Part shown: positions 1 to 9,249 of the stretch, one piece after another
Numbering within the stretch: position 1 is the first letter of the stretch
Layout: each line of letters opens with the position of its first letter
NCBI RefSeq assembly: GCF_000026545.1
Contig: NC_011601.1
Source of the DNA: Escherichia coli O127:H6 str. E2348/69
Lineage (GTDB): Bacteria; Pseudomonadota; Gammaproteobacteria; Enterobacterales; Enterobacteriaceae
Reading direction: 5' to 3' (one strand)
DNA length: 64,000 bases
Position numbers and translations under genes: made by a program
The notes under the pieces: model-generated
What the model was told of the DNA's origin: nothing
Seen by the model: only the letters and a program-made list of their open reading frames with translations
Databases searched by the model: none

Positions 1-13
1 AGGGAACAATCTC

Positions 14-901
14 ATGAAAACTGAACGAAAAAACGAGCATTACCTGGCGCTACAACAGGCGTTTGACGCGCCATGGCCTGGGCCTGTAGGAGAGTTAGTG
101 ATGCTGGAAAAAGGCAATATTCACCTGCAGATTTATCCGCATGATGGTGCCAGGATAACCTCGTTAAAGGCATTTGGTTCTGAAGTATTACGCCAATGGC
201 AGCCGCAGCGCAGAGCTTTTCAGTATAGCTGTTTCCCAATGGTGCCGTGGGCAGGGCGACTGGGGAATGCGACGCTGAATGCTGGTGGGCAATGTTATTC
301 TTTACCCGCCAATAAACCACCACATGCGTTGCATGGTATGGCTTGTTACTCAACGTGGGAAATCATCGACAAAACAGCAGATTCCCTGACTTTACGTATG
401 CCCCTGGCTTCACCGTGGCCCTGGCAAGGGGAAGTGATTCAGACTTTTTTGCTGGAGAACGATGCGCTGGTTTTGCAACTGGAAGTCCATTCATATGCCG
501 ATACATTCCCGGCCTCCGCAGGCTGGCATCCGTGGTTTGCGAAAAAGCTGACTCCGCAAAATACAGAATCGTTGCAGGTGCTTTTTGATGCGGACTGGCA
601 AGAAGAAGCGGGTAGTGATGAACTGCCAACTGGAAATCGTATCTCTCCTCAAGTTGGTCCCTGGGATGACTGTTTTGGTTTTTATGACGGGGTGAAGGTT
701 AAGTTACTGTGGCCTGGTAAACTCGCGATGACCATGACCTCTTCTGCAAACAGTCTGGTGGTATTTGATAAACAGCCCGATGCCACCTGTATTAACCCAC
801 TGACTCAGGCACCTAACGCAATAAATCTAACGCCGGAATTTGTGACACCAGATAAGCCGCTGGTCATCGAAACTCGTTGGCAATTTACACCTGAATCTTA
901 A
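14..901 (+). CDS. Aldose 1-epimerase (galactose mutarotase-like) family protein
   Basis: The ORF is 295 aa. It has mutarotase-fold signatures (PHALHGMACYSTW, a His-Gly...Trp element, and SAGWHPWF, a GWHPYF-like element). It sits where I expect yihW/csqR in K-12, so it is strain-specific. The assignment rests on motifs only. Confidence 0.7.
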   Translation: MKTERKNEHYLALQQAFDAPWPGPVGELVMLEKGNIHLQIYPHDGARITSLKAFGSEVLRQWQPQRRAFQYSCFPMVPWAGRLGNATLNAGGQCYSLPANKPPHALHGMACYSTWEIIDKTADSLTLRMPLASPWPWQGEVIQTFLLENDALVLQLEVHSYADTFPASAGWHPWFAKKLTPQNTESLQVLFDADWQEEAGSDELPTGNRISPQVGPWDDCFGFYDGVKVKLLWPGKLAMTMTSSANSLVVFDKQPDATCINPLTQAPNAINLTPEFVTPDKPLVIETRWQFTPES

Positions 902-911
902 CCATTCATCT

Positions 912-952
912 ATTGCGAAAAAGCCAGTGAAATTACTCTGCTTTTTCGCAAT
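912..952 (+). terminator. Perfect 13-bp inverted repeat downstream of the epimerase-like gene (possible terminator or operator)
   Basis: ATTGCGAAAAAGC (912-924) pairs with GCTTTTTCGCAAT (940-952) across a 15-nt loop. No T-run follows, so terminator function is uncertain. Confidence 0.35.
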
Positions 953-1041
953 CAGCATCACAAGATTACCCTTATTGCCACATAGCCAAACCCATCCTTT
1001 CCCGCTACAGTTAATTTCTTGTGGCGCGAAAGGAGGCAAAA

Positions 1042-1641
1042 ATGCTCTATATCTTTGATTTAGGTAATGTGATTGTCGATATCGACTTTAACCGTGTGCT
1101 GGGGGCCTGGAGCGATTTAACGCGTGTTCCACTGGCTACGCTTAAGAAGAGTTTCCACATGGGCGAGGCGTTTCATCAGCATGAGCGTGGGGAAATTAGC
1201 GACGAAGCGTTCGCAGAGGCACTGTGTCATGAGATGGCCCTGCCGCTAAGCTATGAGCAGTTCTCCCACGGTTGGCAGGCGGTATTTGTTGCGCTACGAC
1301 CGGAAGTGATCGCCATCATGCATAAACTGCGTGAGCAGGGGCATCGCGTGGTGGTGCTTTCCAATACTAACCGCCTGCATACTACCTTCTGGCCGGAGGA
1401 ATACCCGGAAATCCGTGATGCTGCTGACCATATCTATCTGTCGCAAGACTTGGGTATGCGCAAACCTGAAGCACGAATTTATCAGCATGTTTTGCAGGCA
1501 GAAGGTTTTTCACCAGACGATACGGTCTTTTTCGACGATAACGCCGATAATATAGAAGGAGCTAATCGGCTAGGCATTACTAGTATTCTGGTGAAAGATA
1601 AAACCACCATCCCGGACTATTTCGCGAAGGTGTTATGCTAA
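1042..1641 (+). CDS. yihX: Alpha-D-glucose-1-phosphate phosphatase, HAD family
   Basis: From [16 protein letters not shown] the protein matches recalled K-12 YihX (199 aa). It has the HAD DxG motif. The ORF-track start at 1021 is a GTG extension. Confidence 0.93.
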   Translation: MLYIFDLGNVIVDIDFNRVLGAWSDLTRVPLATLKKSFHMGEAFHQHERGEISDEAFAEALCHEMALPLSYEQFSHGWQAVFVALRPEVIAIMHKLREQGHRVVVLSNTNRLHTTFWPEEYPEIRDAADHIYLSQDLGMRKPEARIYQHVLQAEGFSPDDTVFFDDNADNIEGANRLGITSILVKDKTTIPDYFAKVLC

Positions 1642-2507
1642 AAACCATTCAGGACAAAGCCAAGCATCGTACCCGTCCACTATGGGCCTGGCTAAAACTA
1701 CTCTGGCAACGCATTGATGAGGACAACATGACAACCCTGGCAGGTAACCTTGCCTATGTGTCGTTGCTCTCATTAGTGCCGCTGGTTGCCGTTGTTTTTG
1801 CGCTTTTCGCCGCTTTTCCCATGTTTTCCGACGTCAGCATTCAGTTGCGTCACTTTATTTTTGCCAACTTTCTGCCTGCTACTGGCGATGTTATCCAGCG
1901 ATATATCGAACAGTTTGTCGCCAATTCCAACAAAATGACCGCCGTCGGGGCGTGCGGGCTGATCGTCACGGCGTTATTGTTGATGTACTCCATCGATAGC
2001 GCGTTGAATACCATCTGGCGCAGTAAACGAGCGCGACCCAAAATTTACTCGTTTGCCGTGTACTGGATGATTTTAACGCTGGGGCCGCTGTTGGCAGGGG
2101 CCAGTCTGGCGATCAGCTCCTATCTGCTCTCTCTGCGCTGGGCGAGCGATCTCAATACTGTCATCGATAATGTGTTGCGTATTTTTCCGCTGCTGTTGTC
2201 GTGGATCTCTTTCTGGCTGCTGTACAGCATCGTTCCTACCATCCGTGTACCTAACCGCGACGCGATTGTCGGCGCGTTTGTCGCCGCGCTCCTGTTCGAA
2301 GCAGGAAAGAAAGGTTTCGCGCTTTATATCACCATGTTCCCATCATATCAGCTCATTTACGGTGTGCTGGCGGTGATCCCCATTCTCTTTGTTTGGGTCT
2401 ACTGGACATGGTGTATCGTCTTGCTTGGCGCGGAAATTACTGTCACTCTCGGGGAATACCGCAAATTAAAACAAGCTGCTGAACAAGAAGAAGACGACGA
2501 ACCATGA
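1635..2507 (+). CDS. yihY: Inner-membrane protein YihY (formerly rbn), BrkB-like
   Basis: The ORF is 290 aa and multi-pass hydrophobic. It matches recalled K-12 YihY, overlaps the yihX stop, and is syntenic. Confidence 0.92.
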
Positions 2508-2941
2508 TTGCATTAATTCAACGCGTAACCCGTGCCAGCGTCACCGTGGAGGGAGAAGTGACGGGTGAAATTGGCGCGGGACTTTTGGTGTTATTGGGTG
2601 TCGAAAAGGATGACGACGAACAGAAAGCAAACCGTCTGTGCGAGCGTGTGCTCGGCTACCGCATCTTTAGCGATGCCGAAGGCAAGATGAATCTCAACGT
2701 GCAACAGGCGGGCGGCAGTGTACTGGTGGTTTCCCAGTTTACCCTTGCCGCAGATACCGAACGGGGGATGCGCCCAAGTTTCTCCAAAGGCGCATCACCG
2801 GATCGCGCAGAGGCGTTATATGACTATTTCGTCGAACGCTGCCGTCAGCAAGAGATGAACACGCAAACAGGACGCTTCGCTGCGGATATGCAGGTATCGC
2901 TGGTCAATGATGGCCCCGTGACATTCTGGTTGCAGGTATGA
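2504..2941 (+). CDS. dtd: D-aminoacyl-tRNA deacylase
   Basis: The 145-aa protein begins [17 protein letters not shown] and matches K-12 Dtd. Its start overlaps the yihY stop in an ATGA junction. Confidence 0.96.
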
Positions 2942-3927
2942 GCCAGCTTCCAGGGTTGTCACGGGAAACAAGAGAGAGTATCGCTATGTATCACCTTCGG
3001 GTTCCACAAACAGAAGAAGAATTAGAGCGTTACTATCAGTTTCGCTGGGAAATGTTGCGTAAGCCCCTGCATCAACCAAAAGGTTCGGAACGCGACGCGT
3101 GGGATGCGATGGCGCATCACCAGATGGTCGTCGACGAGCAGGGTAATCTGGTAGCGGTAGGCCGACTGTATATTAATGCCGACAATGAAGCGTCCATTCG
3201 CTTTATGGCCGTTCATCCCGACGTGCAGGACAAAGGGTTAGGCACGCTGATGGCGATGACCCTGGAGTCGGTGGCACGTCAGGAAGGCGTTAAGCGCGTG
3301 ACCTGTAGCGCCCGTGAAGACGCGGTGGAGTTTTTCGCCAAGCTGGGGTTTGTTAATCAGGGAGAAATCACCACGCCAACCACCACGCCGATTCGCCATT
3401 TTTTGATGATTAAACCCGTCGCCACTCTGGATGATATTCTTCATCGCGGCGACTGGTGCGCCCAGCTCCAGCAAGCGTGGTATGAACATATCCCGTTAAG
3501 CGAAAAAATGGGTGTGCGCATTCAGCAATATACCGGGCAAAAATTTATCACCACCATGCCGGAAACCGGCAATCAGAATCCGCATCACACGCTGTTTGCC
3601 GGGAGTTTATTCTCGCTGGCTACGCTCACCGGTTGGGGGCTTATCTGGCTGATGCTGCGCGAACGCCACCTCGGCGGAACGATTATTCTGGCGGATGCGC
3701 ATATCCGCTATAGCAAACCGATTAGCGGTAAACCCCATGCGGTAGCCGACCTTGGTGCCTTAAGTGGCGATCTCGACCGTCTGGCGCGCGGACGAAAAGC
3801 GCGGGTACAAATGCAGGTCGAAATCTTTGGCGACGAGACGCCGGGTGCAGTGTTTGAAGGCACGTATATCGTTCTGCCCGCGAAGCCATTTGGCCCGTAT
3901 GAAGAGGGCGGGAACGAAGAAGAGTAG
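2938..3927 (+). CDS. yiiD: GNAT acetyltransferase / thioesterase-fold protein YiiD (FabY)
   Basis: The ORF is 329 aa with an N-terminal GNAT region ([15 protein letters not shown]). Length and sequence match recalled K-12 YiiD, and the gene is syntenic. Confidence 0.92.
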
Positions 3928-3944
3928 GGGCGTTTTACTTGACT

Positions 3945-3973
3945 GAAAAGGTTTTCAATCTGAAAACCTTTTC
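3945..3973. terminator. Bidirectional Rho-independent terminator between convergent yiiD and the esterase gene
   Basis: A perfect 12-bp stem pairs GAAAAGGTTTTC (3945-3956) with GAAAACCTTTTC (3962-3973) around a 5-nt loop. Confidence 0.7.
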
Positions 3974-3990
3974 TGGGCCCTGGTCCGGAG

Positions 3991-4941
3991 TTACCTTCCC
4001 GCTCTCCAGGCAACATCCCGTAGCGCCGATCGCGCAGCCTCACTGATACCACCTAACTGAAAAAATCCGTGGATAACGCCAAGGTAGCGTTGGCAGGTGC
4101 ATTGCACTCCTTGCCCTGTCATGCGGTGATACAACGCTTCACCTTCATCGCAAAGTGGGTCGTATTCAGCGGTAATGATATGTACAGGTGGCAATCCATT
4201 GAAATCATTGCGCCAAATAGGGCTGGCTTCAGGATGCCTGCGTTCAATGCCTGGCAGGTACATCTCAAAGCCGCTCAGTAAAGTGTCGCGTGTGATGATG
4301 TAATCGTGACCATTGCGTATGTAGCTTTCGAAATGCGCAGTCGCATCAAGCATAGGATAAATTAAGATGAGTTGTGCTGGTTGCCACTCGCCAGCACGCT
4401 TCAATCGCAAAGCAGTTACCTGCGCCAGATGCCCTCCCGCACTGTCACCGGCAAGAGTTATTCGTTGTTTATCAACGCCGAGTCGTTCGGCGTGTTGCCG
4501 GACTAATTCTGCACCTCGTTGTGCATCATCATGGGCGGCGGGGAAAGTATGTTCCGGTGCCAGCCGATACTGGACGGCAATAATCCGACATTGCCCGTAA
4601 TAGGCTAACTGGCGCAGCTGGTTGTCGTGAGTTGCGAACCCGCCGCTAACAAAACAGCCACCGTAGTAATAAATTATCGTCGGGAGTAATGTCGGGGCAT
4701 TCAGCGGTGACACTATTCGTAAGGTCATCCCTTCAAGTTCGATAGTCTGAATATCTACCCGCGTTTCTGTCTCACCCGCAAGGACAGCGCTGGCGATATA
4801 GCCCTCTCTGCGCTGCGTAATACTTTGTTGGCGCGATGAGGGGCGACCCGCAGCGATAAACTCTTCGACTAACTCTGCAATTCCTTTTTCCAGTGCCATA
4901 GTAGAACTCATTTTGCTGTATGAATGTACAGTTTTATACAC
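3991..4941 (-). CDS. Alpha/beta hydrolase, hormone-sensitive-lipase (Abhydrolase_3) family esterase/lipase
   Basis: The ORF is 316 aa. It has an oxyanion-hole-like IYYYGGCF (an HGGG variant), the nucleophile elbow GDSAGG, and the distal acid/His elements DPLCDEG and VIHGF. It is not in the K-12 yiiD-yiiE interval. The start could instead be M11 or M15. Confidence 0.8.
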   Translation of the reverse strand: MYKTVHSYSKMSSTMALEKGIAELVEEFIAAGRPSSRQQSITQRREGYIASAVLAGETETRVDIQTIELEGMTLRIVSPLNAPTLLPTIIYYYGGCFVSGGFATHDNQLRQLAYYGQCRIIAVQYRLAPEHTFPAAHDDAQRGAELVRQHAERLGVDKQRITLAGDSAGGHLAQVTALRLKRAGEWQPAQLILIYPMLDATAHFESYIRNGHDYIITRDTLLSGFEMYLPGIERRHPEASPIWRNDFNGLPPVHIITAEYDPLCDEGEALYHRMTGQGVQCTCQRYLGVIHGFFQLGGISEAARSALRDVAWRAGR

Positions 4942-4986
4942 CCGTTTTTACTGGATGGATACAGGGAAATTCACGGGCGTGAAAAA

Positions 4987-5006
4987 TCTGGAAAGCGCCT
5001 CGCAAA
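4987..5006 (+). promoter_or_regulatory. Conserved box, copy 1 (TCTGGAAAGCGCCTCGCAAA); sigma54-like GG-N10-GC spacing
   Basis: This is one of three near-identical boxes (4987, 6220, 6668), all in the same orientation. It lies about 120 bp upstream of higB-like. Confidence 0.4.
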
Positions 5007-5073
5007 TGTAAAGACAAACCCGGCAGAGACGTGGTTTTGCTGGAGCACTATCAGTAAGCTAGTGGTTTCAAGG

Positions 5074-5090
5074 GTACGTCAATGACGTAC
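5074..5090. promoter_or_regulatory. Perfect palindrome GTACGTCA-A-TGACGTAC, candidate HigA-type operator
   Basis: It has 8-bp perfect arms around one central nucleotide and lies 38 bp upstream of the toxin ATG. Type II TA operons are typically autoregulated at such palindromes. Confidence 0.45.
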
Positions 5091-5127
5091 AAAAAGGATT
5101 GTTACTCTAAGCCAATGGCGTATAATT

Positions 5128-5439
5128 ATGCTCTTCATCGAAACGGAAATTTTTACTGAAGATGTTCAAAAACTGCTGACCGACGATGAATTCAGTCGTT
5201 TTCAGTTTTTCCTGGCCTTGAATCCTGACTATGGTGAGGTAATACCTGAAACTGGTGGGTTAAGAAAGGTTCGATGGGTGTCAGGAGGAAAGGGGAAACG
5301 TGCTGGTGTCAGGGTTATTTACTTTCATCAGGTTAAACATTATGAGATCAGATTACTGCTTATTTATCGTAAGGGTATTAAAGATGATCTGTCTCCCCAG
5401 GAAAAAGCAATGCTCCGGTTGTTAAATACGAGGTGGTAA
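5128..5439 (+). CDS. Type II toxin, HigB-2 / RelE-superfamily (toxin-first architecture)
   Basis: The protein is 103 aa. The core ETGGLRKVRWVSGGKGKRAGVRVIYF closely resembles recalled Vibrio HigB-2 (GTGGLRKIRVASKGKGKRGGSRIIYY). Its stop TAA is followed directly by the antitoxin ATG. Confidence 0.8.
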   Translation: MLFIETEIFTEDVQKLLTDDEFSRFQFFLALNPDYGEVIPETGGLRKVRWVSGGKGKRAGVRVIYFHQVKHYEIRLLLIYRKGIKDDLSPQEKAMLRLLNTRW

Positions 5440-5730
5440 ATGGATAAGGCACTTTTTGAGCGGTTGACTCACAGCATGGCCCAGATGAATGAAATTATTG
5501 AAGGAACGCGACAGCCTTCGCGGACTTTTGAAGTTGATGCTATGAAAATCAAAGAAATACGCCGCGCTTCAGGGTTGTCACAATCTAAATTTGCCGATCT
5601 TATTTCTGTAAGCGTAGACACGTTGCGTAACTGGGAGCAGGGGCGACGTTCACCGACCGGGCCTGCAAAGGCTTTGCTGCGAGCGATTGCCAATGATCCG
5701 CAACATGTGCTGCAAGCACTTAACCGTTAG
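5440..5730 (+). CDS. Type II antitoxin, HigA-2-like XRE-family helix-turn-helix protein
   Basis: The protein is 96 aa. Its C-terminal HTH segment (IRRASGLSQSKFADLISVSVDTLRNWEQGRRSP) is XRE-like. It lies immediately downstream of the toxin. Confidence 0.8.
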   Translation: MDKALFERLTHSMAQMNEIIEGTRQPSRTFEVDAMKIKEIRRASGLSQSKFADLISVSVDTLRNWEQGRRSPTGPAKALLRAIANDPQHVLQALNR

Positions 5731-6219
5731 AGGCATGGTTATGCCATACAGAAAGCACCAGCATTCAGAACTCCTGTGAAAGCGGCGTAGTGCCACCTGC
5801 TCAGGAGTTTTGCTATGACCCGTAATCGTGCTGACCGTTGCCACCCTATGATGCGATTAAAAAAACTCATCGTCGCGCCGATGATTGACGTCAATGCTAT
5901 CGGATGATGTCAGGGGTGTTCCGGAAGGAATTCCTTGTTTCCCGAACTGTTACCAACAAAATTATAACGATGAGCAAGTTAAGACCGGTTGGTAGCAGTA
6001 CTGACCGGTCTGTGATGGATGATTAATTTCACCTTAAATCCGGGTGCTGTTAGGATGCTGACATTTTTCGGCTACACCATTCAGATTATGCAATTAAAGA
6101 TCCAATCAAAAAATAAACATCCCTGTATATAATATATTCATAGCACCTATAATTCATTTTGGGCGATAACTAAACCATTTTTGAGTAACAAATGAAACAA
6201 CTGCAACGGACTTATTATT

Positions 6220-6240
6220 TCTGGAAAACGTCTCGCAAAA
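6220..6240 (+). promoter_or_regulatory. Conserved box, copy 2 (TCTGGAAAACGTCTCGCAAAA)
   Basis: This is the same box as at 4987 and 6668. It lies about 95 bp upstream of the yiiE ATG. Homology with copy 3 extends upstream about 25 bp (AACTGCAAC...). Confidence 0.4.
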
Positions 6241-6334
6241 ACAAAACAATATGAAAAAATCCGCTTTCGTTAATTAACTTTCCGGCGTAATTTTCGCACA
6301 TACATTAATGAGTAATATATGTAAGGTGGTGGTA

Positions 6335-6553
6335 ATGGCGATGAATACGGTTTTTCTTCATTTATCAGAAGAGGCAATTAAACGGCTGAACAAGCTTCGG
6401 GGATGGCGTAAGGTTTCGCGCTCTGCAATTTTACGCGAAGCGGTAGAGCAATATCTGGAGCGGCAGCAATTTCCGGTGCGTAAGGCAAAAGGCGGCAGGC
6501 AAAGGGACGAGGCAGTTGGTGTTGAAGAACTATGTAAGCAGCATAAGGAATGA
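6335..6553 (+). CDS. yiiE: CopG/ribbon-helix-helix family putative transcriptional regulator YiiE
   Basis: The 72-aa form starts MAMNTVFLHLSEEAIKRL, with an AAGGTGG Shine-Dalgarno 6 nt upstream. It is RHH-like (beta-strand then helices). Position and length match recalled K-12 yiiE. Confidence 0.85.
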   Translation: MAMNTVFLHLSEEAIKRLNKLRGWRKVSRSAILREAVEQYLERQQFPVRKAKGGRQRDEAVGVEELCKQHKE

Positions 6554-6667
6554 CAAAAAGATTTTTTCATTCTTGAATATAAAAACAAAAAACCAGATGA
6601 CCTTATTCTGGTATTAATACAAGGTTGTTTTACTTGAACTTATAATAACTGCAACTGTTACATCATA

Positions 6668-6688
6668 TCTGGAAAACGCCTCGCGAAA
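6668..6688 (+). promoter_or_regulatory. Conserved box, copy 3 (TCTGGAAAACGCCTCGCGAAA)
   Basis: This is the third copy of the box. It lies downstream of yiiE and faces the 3' end of convergent fdhE, with no plus-strand ORF after it. Confidence 0.35.
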
Positions 6689-6776
6689 TACGAGAGATTT
6701 TGCGGGAATAGCAGGTGTCGTCACACCCTATGAGCTGTAATCCGGGCGACCAGCGCCACCCGGAAAACGTCAGAGA

Positions 6777-7706
6777 TTACTCCCCTTCACCCGGAAACAG
6801 GAACGGGTTAATGGAACTACGGGCATAGCCTTCTTGCTCCATTCGCGCGTCCAGTACCAGAGAGGCGAGGTCATCTGCCACGGCTTCAACTTTCGGTTCT
6901 TTTTCCTGATAAAGAATCTTCAGGTAAGTGCCGCAGTCATCGCAGCTTTCGGCTTTAATCGCGGCCTGTTCGTCATCCAGCGACCAGTAATGCAGTTTGC
7001 CGCTCTGTTCACAGTTGCTGCATTTTACGCGCACTACGTGCCATTCAGTTTCACACAGGTTGCAGCGCAGGTAACGCAGACCCTGAGTGGTGCCAATTTG
7101 CACCATGCTGGACACCGGCATAGAGCCACATACCGGGCAATATTGACGTTGTTCGCCGTATTCAGCGCGGGCTTTGCCGGGGATCAGATTAGCCATCTGC
7201 GCCCAGTAGAGCGACAGCGCAGCCCAGATAAACGGCGCTTTATCGCTGCTGACGGACGAGAAATCAGAGGCAAACAGCGCGCTGGCCATATCTTCCAGCT
7301 CCTGAGTCGATGCCTTCTCCAGATTCTCAATCACTGCCAGCGCCGGGCCGCTCATTTCAGGTTTCAGCTCAGCAATTAGCGCCATCAGCAGCTTTTGCCA
7401 GTGCTTATCACGCGGCAGAACGTGAATATCCAGCGGGGGCTTGCCCTGTGCGCTGGCTTCTTTAATGCGCGCGGTCAGATCCATCTCCAGCGGATGGTCG
7501 TACAGCACCACTTCCTGGGCGTGGGCGATAAGCGCAGCAAAGCGCAGGTAATCACCCAGCGGATTATTTTCTGCCAGCTCGCGCAGACGCTCGGCGCGGC
7601 GGTTGTATAAATTCTTGAGCCGAGGGAACAATAACGGCGGAATCATATCCGCCGTACGTTTCTCGCTCGAACCCAGCTCATCTTGCGGGATTATGCGAAT
7701 ACTCAT
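6777..7706 (-). CDS. fdhE: Formate dehydrogenase formation protein FdhE
   Basis: The protein is 309 aa with four CxxC pairs ([27 protein letters not shown]). It matches K-12 FdhE and is syntenic. Confidence 0.96.
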   Translation of the reverse strand: MSIRIIPQDELGSSEKRTADMIPPLLFPRLKNLYNRRAERLRELAENNPLGDYLRFAALIAHAQEVVLYDHPLEMDLTARIKEASAQGKPPLDIHVLPRDKHWQKLLMALIAELKPEMSGPALAVIENLEKASTQELEDMASALFASDFSSVSSDKAPFIWAALSLYWAQMANLIPGKARAEYGEQRQYCPVCGSMPVSSMVQIGTTQGLRYLRCNLCETEWHVVRVKCSNCEQSGKLHYWSLDDEQAAIKAESCDDCGTYLKILYQEKEPKVEAVADDLASLVLDARMEQEGYARSSINPFLFPGEGE

Positions 7707-8338
7707 TCAGCTTTCTTTTCCGTTGTCTTGCGGACCTCACGGTACCAGCGCGGGTGATGTTTCTTTGCCCAGGCGCTGGTCACCCATCCTTCCACCATGG
7801 CGGTAATCGTGCCTTTCACCCAAAGGGCGGCGTAGATATGCACCATGATAACCACAATTAACGCCACTGCGGCAAATGAATGCAGCATTAACGCGAATCG
7901 GATCACCGGGATTGAGAAAGCAGGCGCAAAATAAGGACGCCAGATAATCACGCCGCTCACCAGCAGCAGAACCAGGAAAATAATCGCCGCCCAGAAAACG
8001 CATTTCTGACCGAAGTTATAACGCCCGGTGTCACCTACTTCCTCGTTGACGACGATCTTACGAATATTCTTCGCCCAAAAGATATCATCCCGATTGATTA
8101 GGTTGTGATGCCAGTAACGGAAAAACATGATGATGAACGAGGCAAACATAACCACGCCGACAAACGGGTGCAGAATGCGCGCCAGCTGCGGTGTGCCCAT
8201 GATTTGCATCAACCAGTTGAAGGACGGGAACAAAAAGCCCAGCCCGCTCACCGCCGCCAGGATGAAGCAGAAGGCGGTGATCCAGTGGTTGATACGTTCC
8301 GGCGCGGTGTAGCGCACGATGGTGTCACGTCGTTTCAT
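7703..8338 (-). CDS. fdoI: Formate dehydrogenase-O, cytochrome b556 gamma subunit
   Basis: The 211-aa protein has four TM segments. It matches K-12 FdoI and its boundaries overlap fdoH and fdhE. Confidence 0.95.
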   Translation of the reverse strand: MKRRDTIVRYTAPERINHWITAFCFILAAVSGLGFLFPSFNWLMQIMGTPQLARILHPFVGVVMFASFIIMFFRYWHHNLINRDDIFWAKNIRKIVVNEEVGDTGRYNFGQKCVFWAAIIFLVLLLVSGVIIWRPYFAPAFSIPVIRFALMLHSFAAVALIVVIMVHIYAALWVKGTITAMVEGWVTSAWAKKHHPRWYREVRKTTEKKAE

Positions 8339-9237
8339 TTGCGCTCCTCGTCTTTCTCTTCGTGCAGATTATTCTCTTCCTCATCCGCACGGTTCGGACC
8401 GACACCCACGTAGTGGAAGATACTGGCTGCGAAGGTAGCCGCAAAGCCAACAGCTGCGAGCGGTTTCCAGATGCCTTTCCAGAATTTCACGGTTTCGCTG
8501 ATTTCCGGGTTCTCCGGCAAGCCATGATACAGATTTGGCTTGTCAGCATGGTGCAGCACGTACATAACATGTGTACCACCGACGCCTGCCGGGTCGTACA
8601 AACCCGCATTGTCGTAACCACGGGTTTTCAGCTCCGCCACGCGCTCGCTCGCCAGCGTTTTCATCGACTCTTTCGTACCGAAGTGAATCGCGCCCGTTGG
8701 GCAGGTCTTCACGCAGGCCGGTTCTTGCCCAACCACCACGCGGTCAACGCACAGCGTACATTTGTAGACGCGGTTGTCTTCCGGGTTGAGGCGCGGAATG
8801 TCGAACGGACAGCCCGCAATGCAATAACCGCAGCCGATGCACTGCTCGGACTGGAAGTCGACGATACCGTTGGAATACTGAATAATTGCCCCTTCCGCCG
8901 GGCACGCTTTCAGGCAGCCTGGATCGGAACAGTGCATACAGCCGTCTTTGCGGATCAGCCATTCCAGTTTGTCGTTCTGCTCCACTTCCGAGAATCGCAT
9001 CACCGTCCACGATTTGGCACTTAAATCATTGGGGTTGTCGTACACCCCAATGTTATTGCCGACGGTATCGCGAATGTCGTTCCACTCTGAACACGCCACC
9101 TGACAGGCTTTACAGCCGATACAGGTGGTAACGTCGATGAGTTTCGCCACTTCTTCCTGGAAGTCCCGCGCCTGAGGCGCGGGGGTCAGACCGTTAGTCG
9201 CGGAACGACGAATGATATCTTGCGATTGATAAGCCAT
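8335..9237 (-). CDS. fdoH: Formate dehydrogenase-O, Fe-S beta subunit
   Basis: The 300-aa protein has multiple CxxCxxCxxxCP ferredoxin motifs and a C-terminal TM anchor. It matches K-12 FdoH. Confidence 0.96.
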   Translation of the reverse strand: MAYQSQDIIRRSATNGLTPAPQARDFQEEVAKLIDVTTCIGCKACQVACSEWNDIRDTVGNNIGVYDNPNDLSAKSWTVMRFSEVEQNDKLEWLIRKDGCMHCSDPGCLKACPAEGAIIQYSNGIVDFQSEQCIGCGYCIAGCPFDIPRLNPEDNRVYKCTLCVDRVVVGQEPACVKTCPTGAIHFGTKESMKTLASERVAELKTRGYDNAGLYDPAGVGGTHVMYVLHHADKPNLYHGLPENPEISETVKFWKGIWKPLAAVGFAATFAASIFHYVGVGPNRADEEENNLHEEKDEERK

Positions 9238-9249
9238 ATGTCGTCTCCG

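Noticed and set aside
5768-5810. An inverted repeat AACTCCTG...CAGGAGTT lies after higA. It could be the TA operon terminator.
   Set aside because: The stem is only 8 bp with a 21-nt loop and no following T-run. This is too weak to annotate as a terminator.
5815-5907. A 30-codon ORF (MTRNRADRCHPMMRLKKLIVAPMIDVNAIG) lies in the ORF-free stretch after higA. It could be a small protein or a gene remnant.
   Set aside because: It has no RBS, no recognisable motif, and no supporting feature visible by eye. It cannot be supported from sequence alone.
6192-6254. A 20-codon ORF (MKQLQRTYYFWKTSRKNKTI) contains box copy 2. It could be a leader peptide or small protein.
   Set aside because: The same reading frame has no start codon at copy 3 and an upstream stop at copy 1. 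Conservation of the box is therefore better explained at the DNA or RNA level. No convincing Shine-Dalgarno is present.
6554-6776. K-12 yiiF may be absent (deleted) between yiiE and fdhE.
   Set aside because: I believe K-12 has a second small gene (yiiF) here and this window has no ORF of 60 aa or more in the interval. I cannot recall the yiiF sequence or its exact position well enough to assert a deletion. It is mentioned only as context for box copy 3.
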